From NCBI GenBank assembly GCA_047601445.1, contig JASGJH010000001.1, positions 2,272,001 to 2,336,000 on the forward strand: DNA of 64,000 nt, given 5' to 3'. This DNA comes from Myxococcales bacterium (GTDB taxonomy: Bacteria > Myxococcota_A > Polyangia > Polyangiales > DASUME01). Under the pieces are notes generated by a model, which had not been told where the DNA came from, did not search any database, and saw only the letters and a list, made by a program, of their open reading frames with translations. This document shows, one piece after another, positions 1-9,752 of this stretch. Both the position numbers and the translations under genes were made by a program. The stretch's first letter is position 1. Each line of letters opens with the position of its first letter.

Positions 1-1
1 C

Positions 2-1117
2 GACATGGGCCTGCACGAGAGCTCCCTGGACGGGTTCTATTACGTGGCGCGCGCGCTGTGCGTGCACAACGAGGCTCACCTCGACGCGTTCGACGACGCG
101 TTCTTGCACCACTTCAAGGGCGTGGAGCGCGGCGCGCTGGAGATCAAGGCACAGATCTTCGAGTGGCTGAAGGACGCCAAGGAGAACTTCCCGGAGCTCA
201 CCGAAGAGGAAAAGAAGCTGTTCGAGCAGTTCGATCTGGAGAAGCTCCAGGAGATGTTCGAGGAGCGCCTGCGGGAGCAAAAGGAACGCCACGACGGCGG
301 CGACAAATGGGTCGGCACCGGCGGCAAGTCGCCCTTCGGCAACAGCGGCGCGGCCCGCAAAGGCATCCGCGTGGGCGGCGGACAGGGCAAGAATCGCTCG
401 GCGATCCGGGTCGCTGGCGAGCGCGCGTACAGGGCCTACCGCAACGACGTCACGCTGGACACCCGCCAGGCCGGCGTGGCGCTGCGCAAGCTGCGAGCCT
501 TCATCCGGGAGGGCGCCGATGAGGAGCTCGACCTCGAGGGCACCATCGATGCGACGGCCAAGAACGCCGGCGAGCTCGATGTGAAGGTGCGTCCGCCGCG
601 TCGCCCGAACACGCGCGTCATCCTGATGATGGATGTGGGCGGCTCCATGGATCCTTACGCGGAACTCGTGTCACGGCTCTTCAGCGCCGCCAGCAAGGCC
701 ACGCACTTCAAGGAGCTGCGCACGTACTACTTCCACAACGCGGTCTACGGACAGATCTACAAAGACGCGCGCTTCAGCGAGAAGGTGCGGGTCAACGACC
801 TCATCCACGAGTGCGGACCGCACTACAAGCTGATCATGGTGGGGGACGCGATGATGGCGCCCTACGAGCTCTTGGCGTCCAACGGCTCGGCCTACCTGGG
901 AGAAGACGACCAGCAGCCAGGCATGTTCTGGTTCATGACGCTCGCGCGTCACTTCGAGCGCTCGTGTTGGCTGAACCCGGAGCCCGTGAACTACTGGCAG
1001 GGCAACACCATCGAGGTGGTGCGTCAGGCGTTCGAGATGTTCCCGCTCACGGTGGACGGCCTAGGCGAGGCCGTGGCGCATTTGATCAAGGGCAAGAAAG
1101 GCCGGCGCGCGGCTTGA
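2..1117 (+). CDS. vWA-domain protein (CoxE/COG3825-like), probably 5'-truncated by the window edge
   Basis: Motifs [58 protein letters not shown]-like MMDVGGSM and [12 protein letters not shown]. The frame is open from the window start. Confidence 0.85.
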   Translation, partial: DMGLHESSLDGFYYVARALCVHNEAHLDAFDDAFLHHFKGVERGALEIKAQIFEWLKDAKENFPELTEEEKKLFEQFDLEKLQEMFEERLREQKERHDGGDKWVGTGGKSPFGNSGAARKGIRVGGGQGKNRSAIRVAGERAYRAYRNDVTLDTRQAGVALRKLRAFIREGADEELDLEGTIDATAKNAGELDVKVRPPRRPNTRVILMMDVGGSMDPYAELVSRLFSAASKATHFKELRTYYFHNAVYGQIYKDARFSEKVRVNDLIHECGPHYKLIMVGDAMMAPYELLASNGSAYLGEDDQQPGMFWFMTLARHFERSCWLNPEPVNYWQGNTIEVVRQAFEMFPLTVDGLGEAVAHLIKGKKGRRAA

Positions 1118-1122
1118 TTATC

Positions 1123-1260
1123 GGGGAGGGCACGCGCCCTCCCCGCCCGTCACGGCAAAGCCGCGACGGGGCCCACCCCGCCGCGAGGGTCGCTGCGCTC
1201 ACGGTGCTCTCCTCGTTCTCGACCGAGGGCACGCGCCCACCCCGCCGCGAGGGTCGCTCA
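1123..1260. repeat. REP-like double-hairpin element: full copy 1123-1201 plus internally deleted copy 1225-1260
   Basis: Hairpin GGGGAGGGC-ACGC-GCCCTCCCC, second hairpin CCCGTCACGGC-AAA-GCCGCGACGGG and tail CCCACCCCGCCGCGAGGGTCGCTGCGCTCA. Matches the copies at ~7240, ~14400, ~31830 and ~36470. Confidence 0.8.
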
Positions 1261-2136
1261 CGAAGGCCCTTGATTGGCGGCTTTCGGCGGGAGAGCGCGG
1301 CCCCACTCCGCCGCGGTGCGCCGGAGGGCCTGCACGCGGGCGTGGTCGGCACGCAGGCGGGGGAGCAGGCGGAGATGGGTGCGGTCGAGGCGTGCGAAGA
1401 ATGCCGCGTCGAGGCGGATGCCTGCGTGCACGCGCTGGTAGAGCTCGTCGCAGGTAGTGAGCGCGTCCCGGTCGAGTTCCTCCGGGAACTCGGTGCTGGC
1501 CGGCGCGTACTGTGTGCGTAGCTCGCCGTGGATTTGCGCGATGGCGCGCGCCGGGTCACCGGCTCCCAGAAACGCGAGGGCCGCCTCAACGCACTCGCCA
1601 GGGCGCGCCAGCACACGCGCGTAGCTCACCAGGTGCAACGGATAGCGCCGCAGGGCGGCATCGCGCAGGAGCCCATAGTTGTCGTTCCACCAGGCCAGCA
1701 CGGGCGAGCGCATGCAGGGCTCGCGCGGCTCGCTGGGCGCCAGGCCGCGTGCACTGCGCAGGGCAGCGCGACTTTGGTTTTCGATGCGATAGAGCCGCTC
1801 CACCGAGTGCTTGTATTCCTGCCAGGGGCGGATCGTGGCGATCACTCTGTGCACGAACCGGAGCTCGGTGCGCAAAAGGCCCGGCACGAACACCTTCACG
1901 GCCACGCGCTGCGTCGCGAGCGGGCACAGGTACTCGCCGCTGTGGGGGTCAGGGTTAGTCGCGTAGTAGATCCCGCGCCGGAGGGGCGACTCGTAGAACC
2001 CCAGCCGATTGCCCGCGCGGATGGTGTCGGCCCAGTTGCGCGGAAACGCCTCACCCACGATCGCGTAGCCGGCGGCCTTGAGGATCTGCATCCACATCGA
2101 GGTGCCCGAACGCTTGGTCCCCGTGACGATGATCAT
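1258..2136 (-). CDS. Sulfotransferase-like P-loop protein
   Basis: N-terminal IIVTGTKRSGTS resembles the 5'-PSB motif; later IATIRPW and VSYARVLARP segments also fit the family. Confidence 0.65.
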   Translation of the reverse strand: MIIVTGTKRSGTSMWMQILKAAGYAIVGEAFPRNWADTIRAGNRLGFYESPLRRGIYYATNPDPHSGEYLCPLATQRVAVKVFVPGLLRTELRFVHRVIATIRPWQEYKHSVERLYRIENQSRAALRSARGLAPSEPREPCMRSPVLAWWNDNYGLLRDAALRRYPLHLVSYARVLARPGECVEAALAFLGAGDPARAIAQIHGELRTQYAPASTEFPEELDRDALTTCDELYQRVHAGIRLDAAFFARLDRTHLRLLPRLRADHARVQALRRTAAEWGRALPPKAANQGPS

Positions 2137-2248
2137 GGCCTCTCGAAGTGTACCCCACGCCCGCCGCGGCCAACCCTGCGAAGACCCGGATTTAAATGGG
2201 CATTCGTCCGACGCTCCGAATTGGAATGAGGGGTGCCTCTAGCGCCGC

Positions 2249-2986
2249 TTGGGTGCGCGCAGGAGCAGCTCGCAGGGCCTTGTCGCTTTCTTGGAGAGAG
2301 CCTGGCCCCCAATCGACACTGACTCGGTGGAAGCTCCGCGTCTGCTCAGCGAGCGCTCGCTTGAGGAACTACTCTGGACGACCTTGGCCGCCCGCGAAGA
2401 CGGTCTGGTGGTACTCCGCGATCGGGACGGTCTGCGCCACGGCGTGTGGGTACAGAGCGGGTTCGTGGTGGGGATCCACGTGGCCGGCAGGTTCGATCCA
2501 CTGCTGGACGTGCTGCGCCGTGAAGGGGCCCTGACGAGCCACGCCTACGCGAGCTGCGTGCAGGCCCTGTGGCGGCCGGATATGCGTTCCGGCTCGGTGG
2601 CCATGGAGGTCGCCGGGGTGGACCGCGCCGTGGTGCGTGCGGCCCTGCGTCGACAAATGCTCGAGCGGATGGCGGCCCTGCTCGAGATTGCCGCGCGAAA
2701 CGGCCACGACGGGAGCTTCGAGGCGGGGAACGTGCCGGAGGGCGAGGTGAGCCTCCGGATGCCGCTGGGTGCCCTGTTACGCGCGGTTCAGCGGCAAGAG
2801 GGTCCGGCACCGGCCGTGCGCTCCCCAAGCGCGGACCGCTCGGAGGCGCGGCGCCAGCTGCGGGCGTTGGCCAAGGAACTTCACCCTGATCGCCATGCGC
2901 ACCTCGACCCGGCGGCCCGACGCTCCCTGGAGCGGGCACTCGCCGAGGCCACCGCGGCCTACCATGGGCTCGCGCGAGGGGCCTGA
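2249..2986 (+). CDS. DUF4388-like protein with C-terminal J-domain (HPD motif); start uncertain
   Basis: C-terminal ARRQLRALAKELHPDRH...EATAAYHGL. N-terminal GLVVLRDRDGLRHGVWVQSGFVVGI resembles DUF4388. Confidence 0.65.
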   Translation: MGARRSSSQGLVAFLERAWPPIDTDSVEAPRLLSERSLEELLWTTLAAREDGLVVLRDRDGLRHGVWVQSGFVVGIHVAGRFDPLLDVLRREGALTSHAYASCVQALWRPDMRSGSVAMEVAGVDRAVVRAALRRQMLERMAALLEIAARNGHDGSFEAGNVPEGEVSLRMPLGALLRAVQRQEGPAPAVRSPSADRSEARRQLRALAKELHPDRHAHLDPAARRSLERALAEATAAYHGLARGA

Positions 2987-3096
2987 AGGGCTCGGGGTCG
3001 GGTCGCCCTGATGGGGGCAAGCTGGCGCGAGCGCAAGGGGTTTCGCCGGCCTGGCAGTTGTTGCGCTTTCCCCTGTGAGGTTGTAGAGCGCGGGCT

Positions 3097-4998
3097 GTGA
3101 AATGCTCCGTGAGATGCCTGGCAATGGGCCTGGGCTGCCTGTTGTCGCTCTCGCTGGCGAGCCACGCCTGGGCGCAGGAACCCGCTGGCGCTTCGCCGAG
3201 CACTGAGCCGGGCGAAGGTAGCGAGCCCGGCGCCGCGAGCGGCGGCGAGGGCGAAGGCAGCGAACCTGGTGCGGCCACCGAGCCGGCAGCGCAGCCTGCT
3301 GAGCCCGCTGCGGCGGAGCCTGCGAACGAACCAGGCGACCCCAGCGCAGCCGAACCGGCAACTCCGCCCGAGGAGAGCACGCGAAAGCCACCGCAGCGCA
3401 TCTCCGAGGGCGTCACGCTGGAGACCCCGGAGCGGACGCGCGTGCTCGTGCCGCCGTACATGCGGGACTATCGCGGCAACGTCCGCACGACGGCGCTCTT
3501 CCCGTTCTACTTCGAGCGGCGCACGCCCGAGTCTTTCGAGCGCTTGATCCTGCCTTACTACTATCGCCGTGGCCCCAAGCTCAACGCGGACGTCGCGCTC
3601 GGCTTGATCTGGTCCATGCGGGGCCCGGAGCGCAACACCTTCATCCTGCCGCCGTTCTACACGCACCGCGACCACAAGAACTGGGCCGTCGGGCTGTTCC
3701 CGCTGTTCAGCACTGGCGTGCTCAAGGGGCACCACCACACGATCATTCCGCCGCTCCTCACCTGGATCGACGGCGACGAGAAGAAGCAGCACACCATCAT
3801 CGGTCCGTACTTCGACTGGAAGAGCGAGCACGCGCGCTGGCACGGCGTGTTCCCGATCCTGTGGGACAAGAAGGACGAGGTCGACCGCTTCACGATCGTG
3901 CCACCCGTGTTCTTCCGCTTCGCCGACGACGACCCGCTGAAGGCCACCACGGTGGTGCCGCCCTTCTATTACACGGTGCGCGAGAACGAGCGCAAATGGG
4001 GCCTCCTCCCGCTGATCTTCCGCAAGGAGACGCCCGAGGCCAAGGGCACCACCATCCCGCTCGCCATCTTCCATCACGCCAAGGGCCCCGACCTGTTCCG
4101 CTTGGTCACGCCCGTGATGTCCTACGCACGCAGCAAGAAGAACGGCACGTTCTGGATCTCGCCGATCTACCAGCGGAAGCGCGGCGACAAGAACATGGAC
4201 GCGGTAGCGCCCATCTTCTTTCGGACCTGGGACAACCGGGACATGTCGCGTGGCCTGGTGGTTGCGCCCATCTTCTGGCACTTCCGCGATCCGGCCAACG
4301 ACAGCCTCGCCGTCTTTCCCTTCATGGGGCGCTGGTATCACCAGGGCATTAGCAGCACCTGGGTGACGCCGCTGGTCGGCCGCTACAAGAGCTTCGAGCA
4401 GGACGCGCAGACCTGGTGGGTGTTCCCGACCTTCCAGTACGGGTTCACGCCCGACAGCTGGTTCTTCAACATCCACCCGCTGCTCTACCGCAAGGAGTCG
4501 GCGAAGAAGTCCTACTTCGCGCTCGCGCCGGTCTACTACAACTTCCGCAATCACGAGGCCAAGACGCATCGGCTCTCGGTGTTCCCGCTGTACTGGGACT
4601 TCAAGAACTTCCCCAAGAAGAAGCGCGGCCGCGTGCTCTTCCCGCTCTACTGGGAGTTCGAGAATGGGCAGAAGACCACGCGTCGCACCGTCGGCTTCCC
4701 GTTCTACTGGCGCTTCAAGAACGAAGCGGCCGAGGCCGATACCAAGGTCGTGTTCCCCTTCTACACGCACTGGGTGCGCAGCGAGTACGACCGCACGCTG
4801 GTGCTGAACTCGTACTACGAGAAGAAGCGTGAACCCGAGGGCGTGCGCTGGCAGTACCACTTCTTCCCGTTCTTTTCGCGGGGCGGCATCAACGACGACC
4901 GCTGGTGGAACGTCTTCTATGGCCTGGCCGGCTACGATCGCCGGGGCGAGCACCGGCGCGGCCACGCGTTCTGGATCCCGTTCAAGCTGAAGAACTAG
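3097..4998 (+). CDS. Secreted protein with ~30 aromatic/hydrophobic 'xxP-(F/Y/W)' repeats
   Basis: Signal peptide ending AWA-QE, an acidic Pro/Ala linker, then repeats such as ALFPFYF, ILPPFY, VFPLYW and GFPFYW. Third codon positions are strongly G/C on this strand. Confidence 0.8.
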   Translation: MKCSVRCLAMGLGCLLSLSLASHAWAQEPAGASPSTEPGEGSEPGAASGGEGEGSEPGAATEPAAQPAEPAAAEPANEPGDPSAAEPATPPEESTRKPPQRISEGVTLETPERTRVLVPPYMRDYRGNVRTTALFPFYFERRTPESFERLILPYYYRRGPKLNADVALGLIWSMRGPERNTFILPPFYTHRDHKNWAVGLFPLFSTGVLKGHHHTIIPPLLTWIDGDEKKQHTIIGPYFDWKSEHARWHGVFPILWDKKDEVDRFTIVPPVFFRFADDDPLKATTVVPPFYYTVRENERKWGLLPLIFRKETPEAKGTTIPLAIFHHAKGPDLFRLVTPVMSYARSKKNGTFWISPIYQRKRGDKNMDAVAPIFFRTWDNRDMSRGLVVAPIFWHFRDPANDSLAVFPFMGRWYHQGISSTWVTPLVGRYKSFEQDAQTWWVFPTFQYGFTPDSWFFNIHPLLYRKESAKKSYFALAPVYYNFRNHEAKTHRLSVFPLYWDFKNFPKKKRGRVLFPLYWEFENGQKTTRRTVGFPFYWRFKNEAAEADTKVVFPFYTHWVRSEYDRTLVLNSYYEKKREPEGVRWQYHFFPFFSRGGINDDRWWNVFYGLAGYDRRGEHRRGHAFWIPFKLKN

Positions 4999-5058
4999 GG
5001 CGCACCGACGACGCGGCGGCGCGCACGGGTGGGTTTTCTCGAAACCGCCCGATCGACC

Positions 5059-5598
5059 CTAGTTGTACTTGCCCGCAGCGAACTCGATGTACGTGAAGAA
5101 GTAGCCGTTGGGGGCCTTCTCCGTGCGCAGTTTGGGCGTGACCGGGGCGCGCATCTCGAGGAGCACAGTGACCCCGGTGCCCACCTGGTGCTTGCGCCTT
5201 CGCTTGCCCGCGCTGTGCAAGGGCTGCATGCGCGCGCTCGTGACGGGCGTGTTGAAGAAGTGGGTGTCGAGCGGGAGCCGCGCGTTGCCCTTGGGCAAAC
5301 TCACGCCCGGGATCACGACGAGCCAGTTCTGTCCGTCTTTCTTGAGCTCGGGCTGCACCGCGACGTTGGTCTGCACGAAGACCCGCGTGCCACCGTCCTC
5401 CAGCACTTGAAAGCCCGGCCAGGTGACCTGAGCACCGGCTGTCGCTGGCGACGACGCCACGCTGCCGGGCACCGCGTTCGACCCTGGCACGACCCCACCG
5501 TAGCCCTGGGCGAGGGCTGCCCCCGACCATGCGGAAGCTCCGACCCCGGAGCCCGAGAGCGTGAGCGCCACCACCAGCAGGGTCTGCTTCGTGTTCAC
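5059..5598 (-). CDS. Hypothetical secreted protein (possible AMIN-like beta domain)
   Basis: Signal peptide followed by a beta-rich domain (GGTRVFVQTN...WLVVIPG). Confidence 0.6.
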   Translation of the reverse strand: MNTKQTLLVVALTLSGSGVGASAWSGAALAQGYGGVVPGSNAVPGSVASSPATAGAQVTWPGFQVLEDGGTRVFVQTNVAVQPELKKDGQNWLVVIPGVSLPKGNARLPLDTHFFNTPVTSARMQPLHSAGKRRRKHQVGTGVTVLLEMRAPVTPKLRTEKAPNGYFFTYIEFAAGKYN

Positions 5599-5738
5599 CC
5601 GCTCATCCTAGGGCATGTCTGGGGCCGGAATCAAAATCCCCCGAGCGAAGGCAGCCCCGCCAGGTCGGACGCCATGGCTCCACAGCCTGCTTTCAGACTC
5701 CTGGGCCCCGGCTGGAGCACGAGGTATTCTGGGGCCAC

Positions 5739-7226
5739 ATGTCGCCGCTCGGCACCCTGACAGTGGCTTGGACCGCGGTCTACGCGTACCTGTGCGCCTA
5801 CTATTGCGTGCTCTACCTGCGCAGGCGGGCGGACCGTGAGTACCTGGCGTTCGGGCTGCTCTCGGGCGGAATGGCCGTGTACGCCCTGGGCGCCGCCCTC
5901 TTGATCGATGCGGACTCGGTGGCACGTGCTGCCCACGCTCAGGAGCTGCAGATCTTCGGCTTGATGAGTGCGACCGCGTTCTACGTGGACTTCGCGCACC
6001 ACATGACGGCCCGCTCCAGCGCGCGCGCGGTGCGTGCGGCCTATGGGCTGGCGCTGGTGGGTGTACTCGCCAACGTGGCCGGGCTGATGATCGATCCCAC
6101 CGTCCCACCCGACGTGGACACCGTGTTCTTGACGCCTTTCACGGTGCCGGAACCGCACCTGACGCTGATCGGCACGGCGCTCTTGTTCGCCACGCTCTGC
6201 ATGGTGGGCTACGGCACGGTGCTACTCGTGCTGCAGGCGCGCACGGACGCCGACGTGCGCGTGGTGCTCGCGGGCGCGGTGCTGTTGCTGCTAGCGGGCC
6301 TGAACGACCTGGCGATTCGGCTCTCGCCGGTGTCTTCGTACTACCTGCTGGAACATTGCTATGCGCTGTTTGCGCTGGCGGTGAGCTACGTCCTGCTCGA
6401 GCGCTTCGTGCGCACTGCGAACGCGCTCACCAGCCGTACGCTCGAACTGCGACGTAGCTACAACGAGCTGCGCGACGCGCAGGAGCAGCTGGTGCGCAAG
6501 GAGCAGCTGGCCACCATGGGCGAGCTCTCCGCGGTGATCGCCCACGAGGTGCGCAACCCGCTGGCCATCATCAAGAACGCGGTCAGCGGCCTGCATCGAC
6601 CTACCCTGCGCGATGCCGATCGCCAGGTGCTCTTGCGCATCCTCGACGAGGAAGCCGACCGCTTGAACCGCCTTGTGGGCGACCTGTTGGCCTACGCGCG
6701 CCCGGTCACGCCAGAGCGCCAGCCACTGCACATCGAGGAGCTCGTGCGTGGAGCGGTGGAGCTGGCGCGGGCCGCCCAGCAGCGCGACGACCAGGTGACC
6801 TTCGACGTGGTGCTGACCGATTCCCATACCATCATGGGCGACCCCGATCTGCTGCGGCAGGCCATCGTGAACGTGGCGGAGAACGCCATCCAGGCCATGC
6901 CCGACGGCGGCATTCTCACGGTGCGCACCTACGGCACCACGCTGGAAGACGCGCCCGCCGTGGCCATCGCCATCCGCGACACCGGTGAGGGCATGGACAC
7001 CCTGGTGCGCAGCAAGGCCACCGACCCGTTTTTCACCACGCGGCCGACCGGCACCGGTCTGGGCCTCGCCATCGTGCACCGACTCGTGCACTCCCATGGT
7101 GGCAAGATCCAGATCGAGAGCAGCTACGGCACGGGCACCACGGTGAGCATCATCCTGCCTCAGCAGGGCGCGGCCAAAAACAGCCTCTCGCCCCAGCTCA
7201 AGAAGCCGAAGAAGACCACCAACTGA
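5739..7226 (+). CDS. Multi-TM sensor histidine kinase
   Basis: About 7 hydrophobic segments, H-box AHEVRNPL, N-box NVAENAIQAM, DTGEGM, PFFTT and GTGLGL. Confidence 0.93.
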   Translation: MSPLGTLTVAWTAVYAYLCAYYCVLYLRRRADREYLAFGLLSGGMAVYALGAALLIDADSVARAAHAQELQIFGLMSATAFYVDFAHHMTARSSARAVRAAYGLALVGVLANVAGLMIDPTVPPDVDTVFLTPFTVPEPHLTLIGTALLFATLCMVGYGTVLLVLQARTDADVRVVLAGAVLLLLAGLNDLAIRLSPVSSYYLLEHCYALFALAVSYVLLERFVRTANALTSRTLELRRSYNELRDAQEQLVRKEQLATMGELSAVIAHEVRNPLAIIKNAVSGLHRPTLRDADRQVLLRILDEEADRLNRLVGDLLAYARPVTPERQPLHIEELVRGAVELARAAQQRDDQVTFDVVLTDSHTIMGDPDLLRQAIVNVAENAIQAMPDGGILTVRTYGTTLEDAPAVAIAIRDTGEGMDTLVRSKATDPFFTTRPTGTGLGLAIVHRLVHSHGGKIQIESSYGTGTTVSIILPQQGAAKNSLSPQLKKPKKTTN

Positions 7227-7236
7227 GTCCGAGCGC

Positions 7237-7275
7237 GGCCGCGACGGGCGGGGGGGTCGCGTGACCTCCCCGTGA
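7237..7275. repeat. Partial REP-like element
   Basis: GGCCGCGACGGGC-GGGGGGGTC-GCGT-GACCTCCCC-GTGA, between convergent genes. Confidence 0.75.
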
Positions 7276-7283
7276 AACAACGC

Positions 7284-9623
7284 TCAGTGGGTGTCGCCGG
7301 CCGTCGGGCCGTCGCCCGCGTAGCCGATGGCCTTAAGCTGCTCGCGCAGGGTGTCGTCGATGTTGGCGTTCTCGCGCTCGAGCTTCACGCCCTGGCCCTG
7401 CTCACCGCGCAGCCAGCTGCGACGGTCGCGCGAGCCCAGGAACTGACCGAGCATCAGGGTCGCGTAGCGCGCCGCCACCGGGTAGCGCGAGCGGTCGAGC
7501 TCCTTCTGCTCCTCCGGATCCTTCTCGAGATCGAAGAACGTCTCGTTGGTGCCGCGCAGGATGAGCTTCCAGCGCCCCGCCCGGATGACACGGCGATCGT
7601 CGAGGAAGTCGCTGAAGGCCACGGGAGCCGCTGGCGGCGGTCCGCCGCGGACCCAGCTGAGCACGCTCTGCCCTTCGAGCGTGCTGGGCGCTGGCGCACC
7701 CACCGCTTCCATAATGGTGGGGAAGATGGACATGCTGCTGACGGCCTGCTTGATGCGCTGGTTGGCAGGCACCACGCCGGGGAAGCGCACCACGTAGGGG
7801 ATCCAGAGGAGCTCCTGATAGACGCTGTGGCCGTGGCCCCAGGAGCCGTGCTCGTCGAACTCTTCGCCGTGGTCGGCGCTGATCACGAAGATGGTGTCGT
7901 CGTAGAGACCGAGCTTCTTGAGGCGCTCGACGAACAGGCCGAGATAGTGATCGTGGTAGCTGACCTCGCCGTCGTAGAGGTCCTTGAGGTACTGCTTGTC
8001 GGCAGCGTTGAAGGTGACCTTGGGCGGCACCTTCTTGGCCTCGGCGAGCTGATCCGGCGTCTTGCGCGGGGAGACTTGTCCCGTGTACTCGGCGCCCTTG
8101 GTGTACATCGTGAGGAACTCGGCGGGCGGATCGTAGGGCACGTGCGGATCGATGGTGTGCACGTAGGCGAAGAAGCGCTCGTCCTTGTGCTGCTCGACCC
8201 AATCACCCGCCTCTTTGAACACGTTCTCGGCGTCGGTGCTCTTCTTCTCGCGGATGTAGTTCGTGTAGTAGTCCCAGCCCTGATTGAAGCCGAACTTGTC
8301 CGACACGTAGCCGTTGGCGATGAAGCTGCCGGTCTTGAAGCCCGCTTCCTTGAGCGACTCGCTGAGCAACGTGGCGCCCTTCGGCACCATGGCGCCGTCG
8401 GTCTTGGCGCCGTGGGTGGCGGGATATAGCGACGTCAGCAGCGAGGCCGTGGACGGCTTGGTCCAGTTCTCCGGCGCCTGGCAGGCCTCGAACACGGTGC
8501 CTTCCTGGGCGATCTTGTCGATGACCGGGGTCTTGACGCGCGTGCTCGGGTTGAACGGCTTCAGGCTGCGCGCGCGCATGGTGTCGATGAGCACGACGAC
8601 CACGTTCTTGGCATTCTTGGGGGCCTTCGCGAGCGCCTTCTGGGGCAGCAGCAGGGCGGGCGTGCTCCAGGCAACGCGGCCTGCGCCGACGTCCCCGGTG
8701 GCGCGCAGCTCGATGCGGACCACCTTGCCCGCGTAGGCATCGAGGGAGACCACCTGGTCCTTCCAGGACGTGGCCAGCTCGGTGTTGAAGAGCTCCTTGG
8801 CTTCACCGCCCTCGGGCGTGACCACGACGCTGGCCTTGCCGCTCTTGGGCTTGTCGCCAGTAACGCCGACTCCGAAGCCGAGCGCGCCGTTGGCGGGGAC
8901 GTCGACGTAGAAGCTCAACGTGGTAGGCGAGGGCACCGCGAGGGCGCGACGCTGGACGCCGCCGACTGCGGTCTCGGTGCGCAGCTCGGCGTAGTGCGGG
9001 GCTGCGAAGTCCTTCACCGTAGCGAGCTCGGCGGTGGGGATGAGGCGAATCGACGCCACCGCGGCCGCGACCTGCTCGCCGTTGAGCAACGTGCTGCCAC
9101 CGAAGCGGAACATCAGTCGATTCTCGCCGGCCTGCACGCGCTCCGCGGGGATCGACACGTCGTAGTCCTTGAATTCGGTGCCCGACAAGCGAGTGGCCGG
9201 CAAGGCCTCGCCGTTGAGGTAGGCGGTGACGACGGCGGTCCCAACTGGCTTCAACCGCATGCGCAGGGTGAGTGGCTCGCTCCTGTCGGCGCGGAAGTAC
9301 ACTCGACTGGCTTCGGCGGTGGCGTGGGTGAAGCGATCGGCGCTAGCCGCACCGTCCTTGCCCCAGCCTGAACGCCAATCACCGTAGGTGTACTTCTGGC
9401 GCGCTGGCGTGCCGAACTCGATGTAGAGCCCGTGGTGGTTGATCTCGGCGAGATGCGCGTGCTCCCAGAGATCCAGGTGCGTGGTGTAGTCGCGAAAAGC
9501 CTTGGGCTGATCGGCCGGGCGATCGCCTTGGGCGTTGGCTTCAGCGCCAGCTTCAGATTTCTTTCCGCATGCGACCAGGCAGCAAAAAGCGCTGATGAGC
9601 AGAAGCAAGACTACACGCTTCAT
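7284..9623 (-). CDS. Sulfatase/alkaline-phosphatase-superfamily lipoprotein
   Basis: ATG 9623 with a GGAGG RBS and lipobox LVAC. Motifs NVVVVLIDTMRA, WTKPSTASLLTSLYP, DPHVPY, YDGEV, SADHGE and GHGHSVYQE. Confidence 0.88.
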   Translation of the reverse strand: MKRVVLLLLISAFCCLVACGKKSEAGAEANAQGDRPADQPKAFRDYTTHLDLWEHAHLAEINHHGLYIEFGTPARQKYTYGDWRSGWGKDGAASADRFTHATAEASRVYFRADRSEPLTLRMRLKPVGTAVVTAYLNGEALPATRLSGTEFKDYDVSIPAERVQAGENRLMFRFGGSTLLNGEQVAAAVASIRLIPTAELATVKDFAAPHYAELRTETAVGGVQRRALAVPSPTTLSFYVDVPANGALGFGVGVTGDKPKSGKASVVVTPEGGEAKELFNTELATSWKDQVVSLDAYAGKVVRIELRATGDVGAGRVAWSTPALLLPQKALAKAPKNAKNVVVVLIDTMRARSLKPFNPSTRVKTPVIDKIAQEGTVFEACQAPENWTKPSTASLLTSLYPATHGAKTDGAMVPKGATLLSESLKEAGFKTGSFIANGYVSDKFGFNQGWDYYTNYIREKKSTDAENVFKEAGDWVEQHKDERFFAYVHTIDPHVPYDPPAEFLTMYTKGAEYTGQVSPRKTPDQLAEAKKVPPKVTFNAADKQYLKDLYDGEVSYHDHYLGLFVERLKKLGLYDDTIFVISADHGEEFDEHGSWGHGHSVYQELLWIPYVVRFPGVVPANQRIKQAVSSMSIFPTIMEAVGAPAPSTLEGQSVLSWVRGGPPPAAPVAFSDFLDDRRVIRAGRWKLILRGTNETFFDLEKDPEEQKELDRSRYPVAARYATLMLGQFLGSRDRRSWLRGEQGQGVKLERENANIDDTLREQLKAIGYAGDGPTAGDTH

Positions 9624-9752
9624 CGTCCCCCTCCGTGACGGCTGGCGCGCGGCCTTGCGCGCATCTACGGGCAGGCGCGGCAGTAGCATGCTGCTCCATA
9701 CAACACAACGAATCCCGCAGGAAACAGCCTGATTTCAGGGACTCGCGTCGAA

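Noticed and set aside
2959..4965. 668-aa minus-strand ORF
   Set aside because: Antisense shadow of the repeat protein at 3097-4998; long stop-free antisense frames are expected at this GC content.
1258..9623. Sulfotransferase + sulfatase as a sulfation/desulfation system
   Set aside because: The genes are 5 kb apart with unrelated genes between them, and the sulfatase-like protein lacks the FGly motif.
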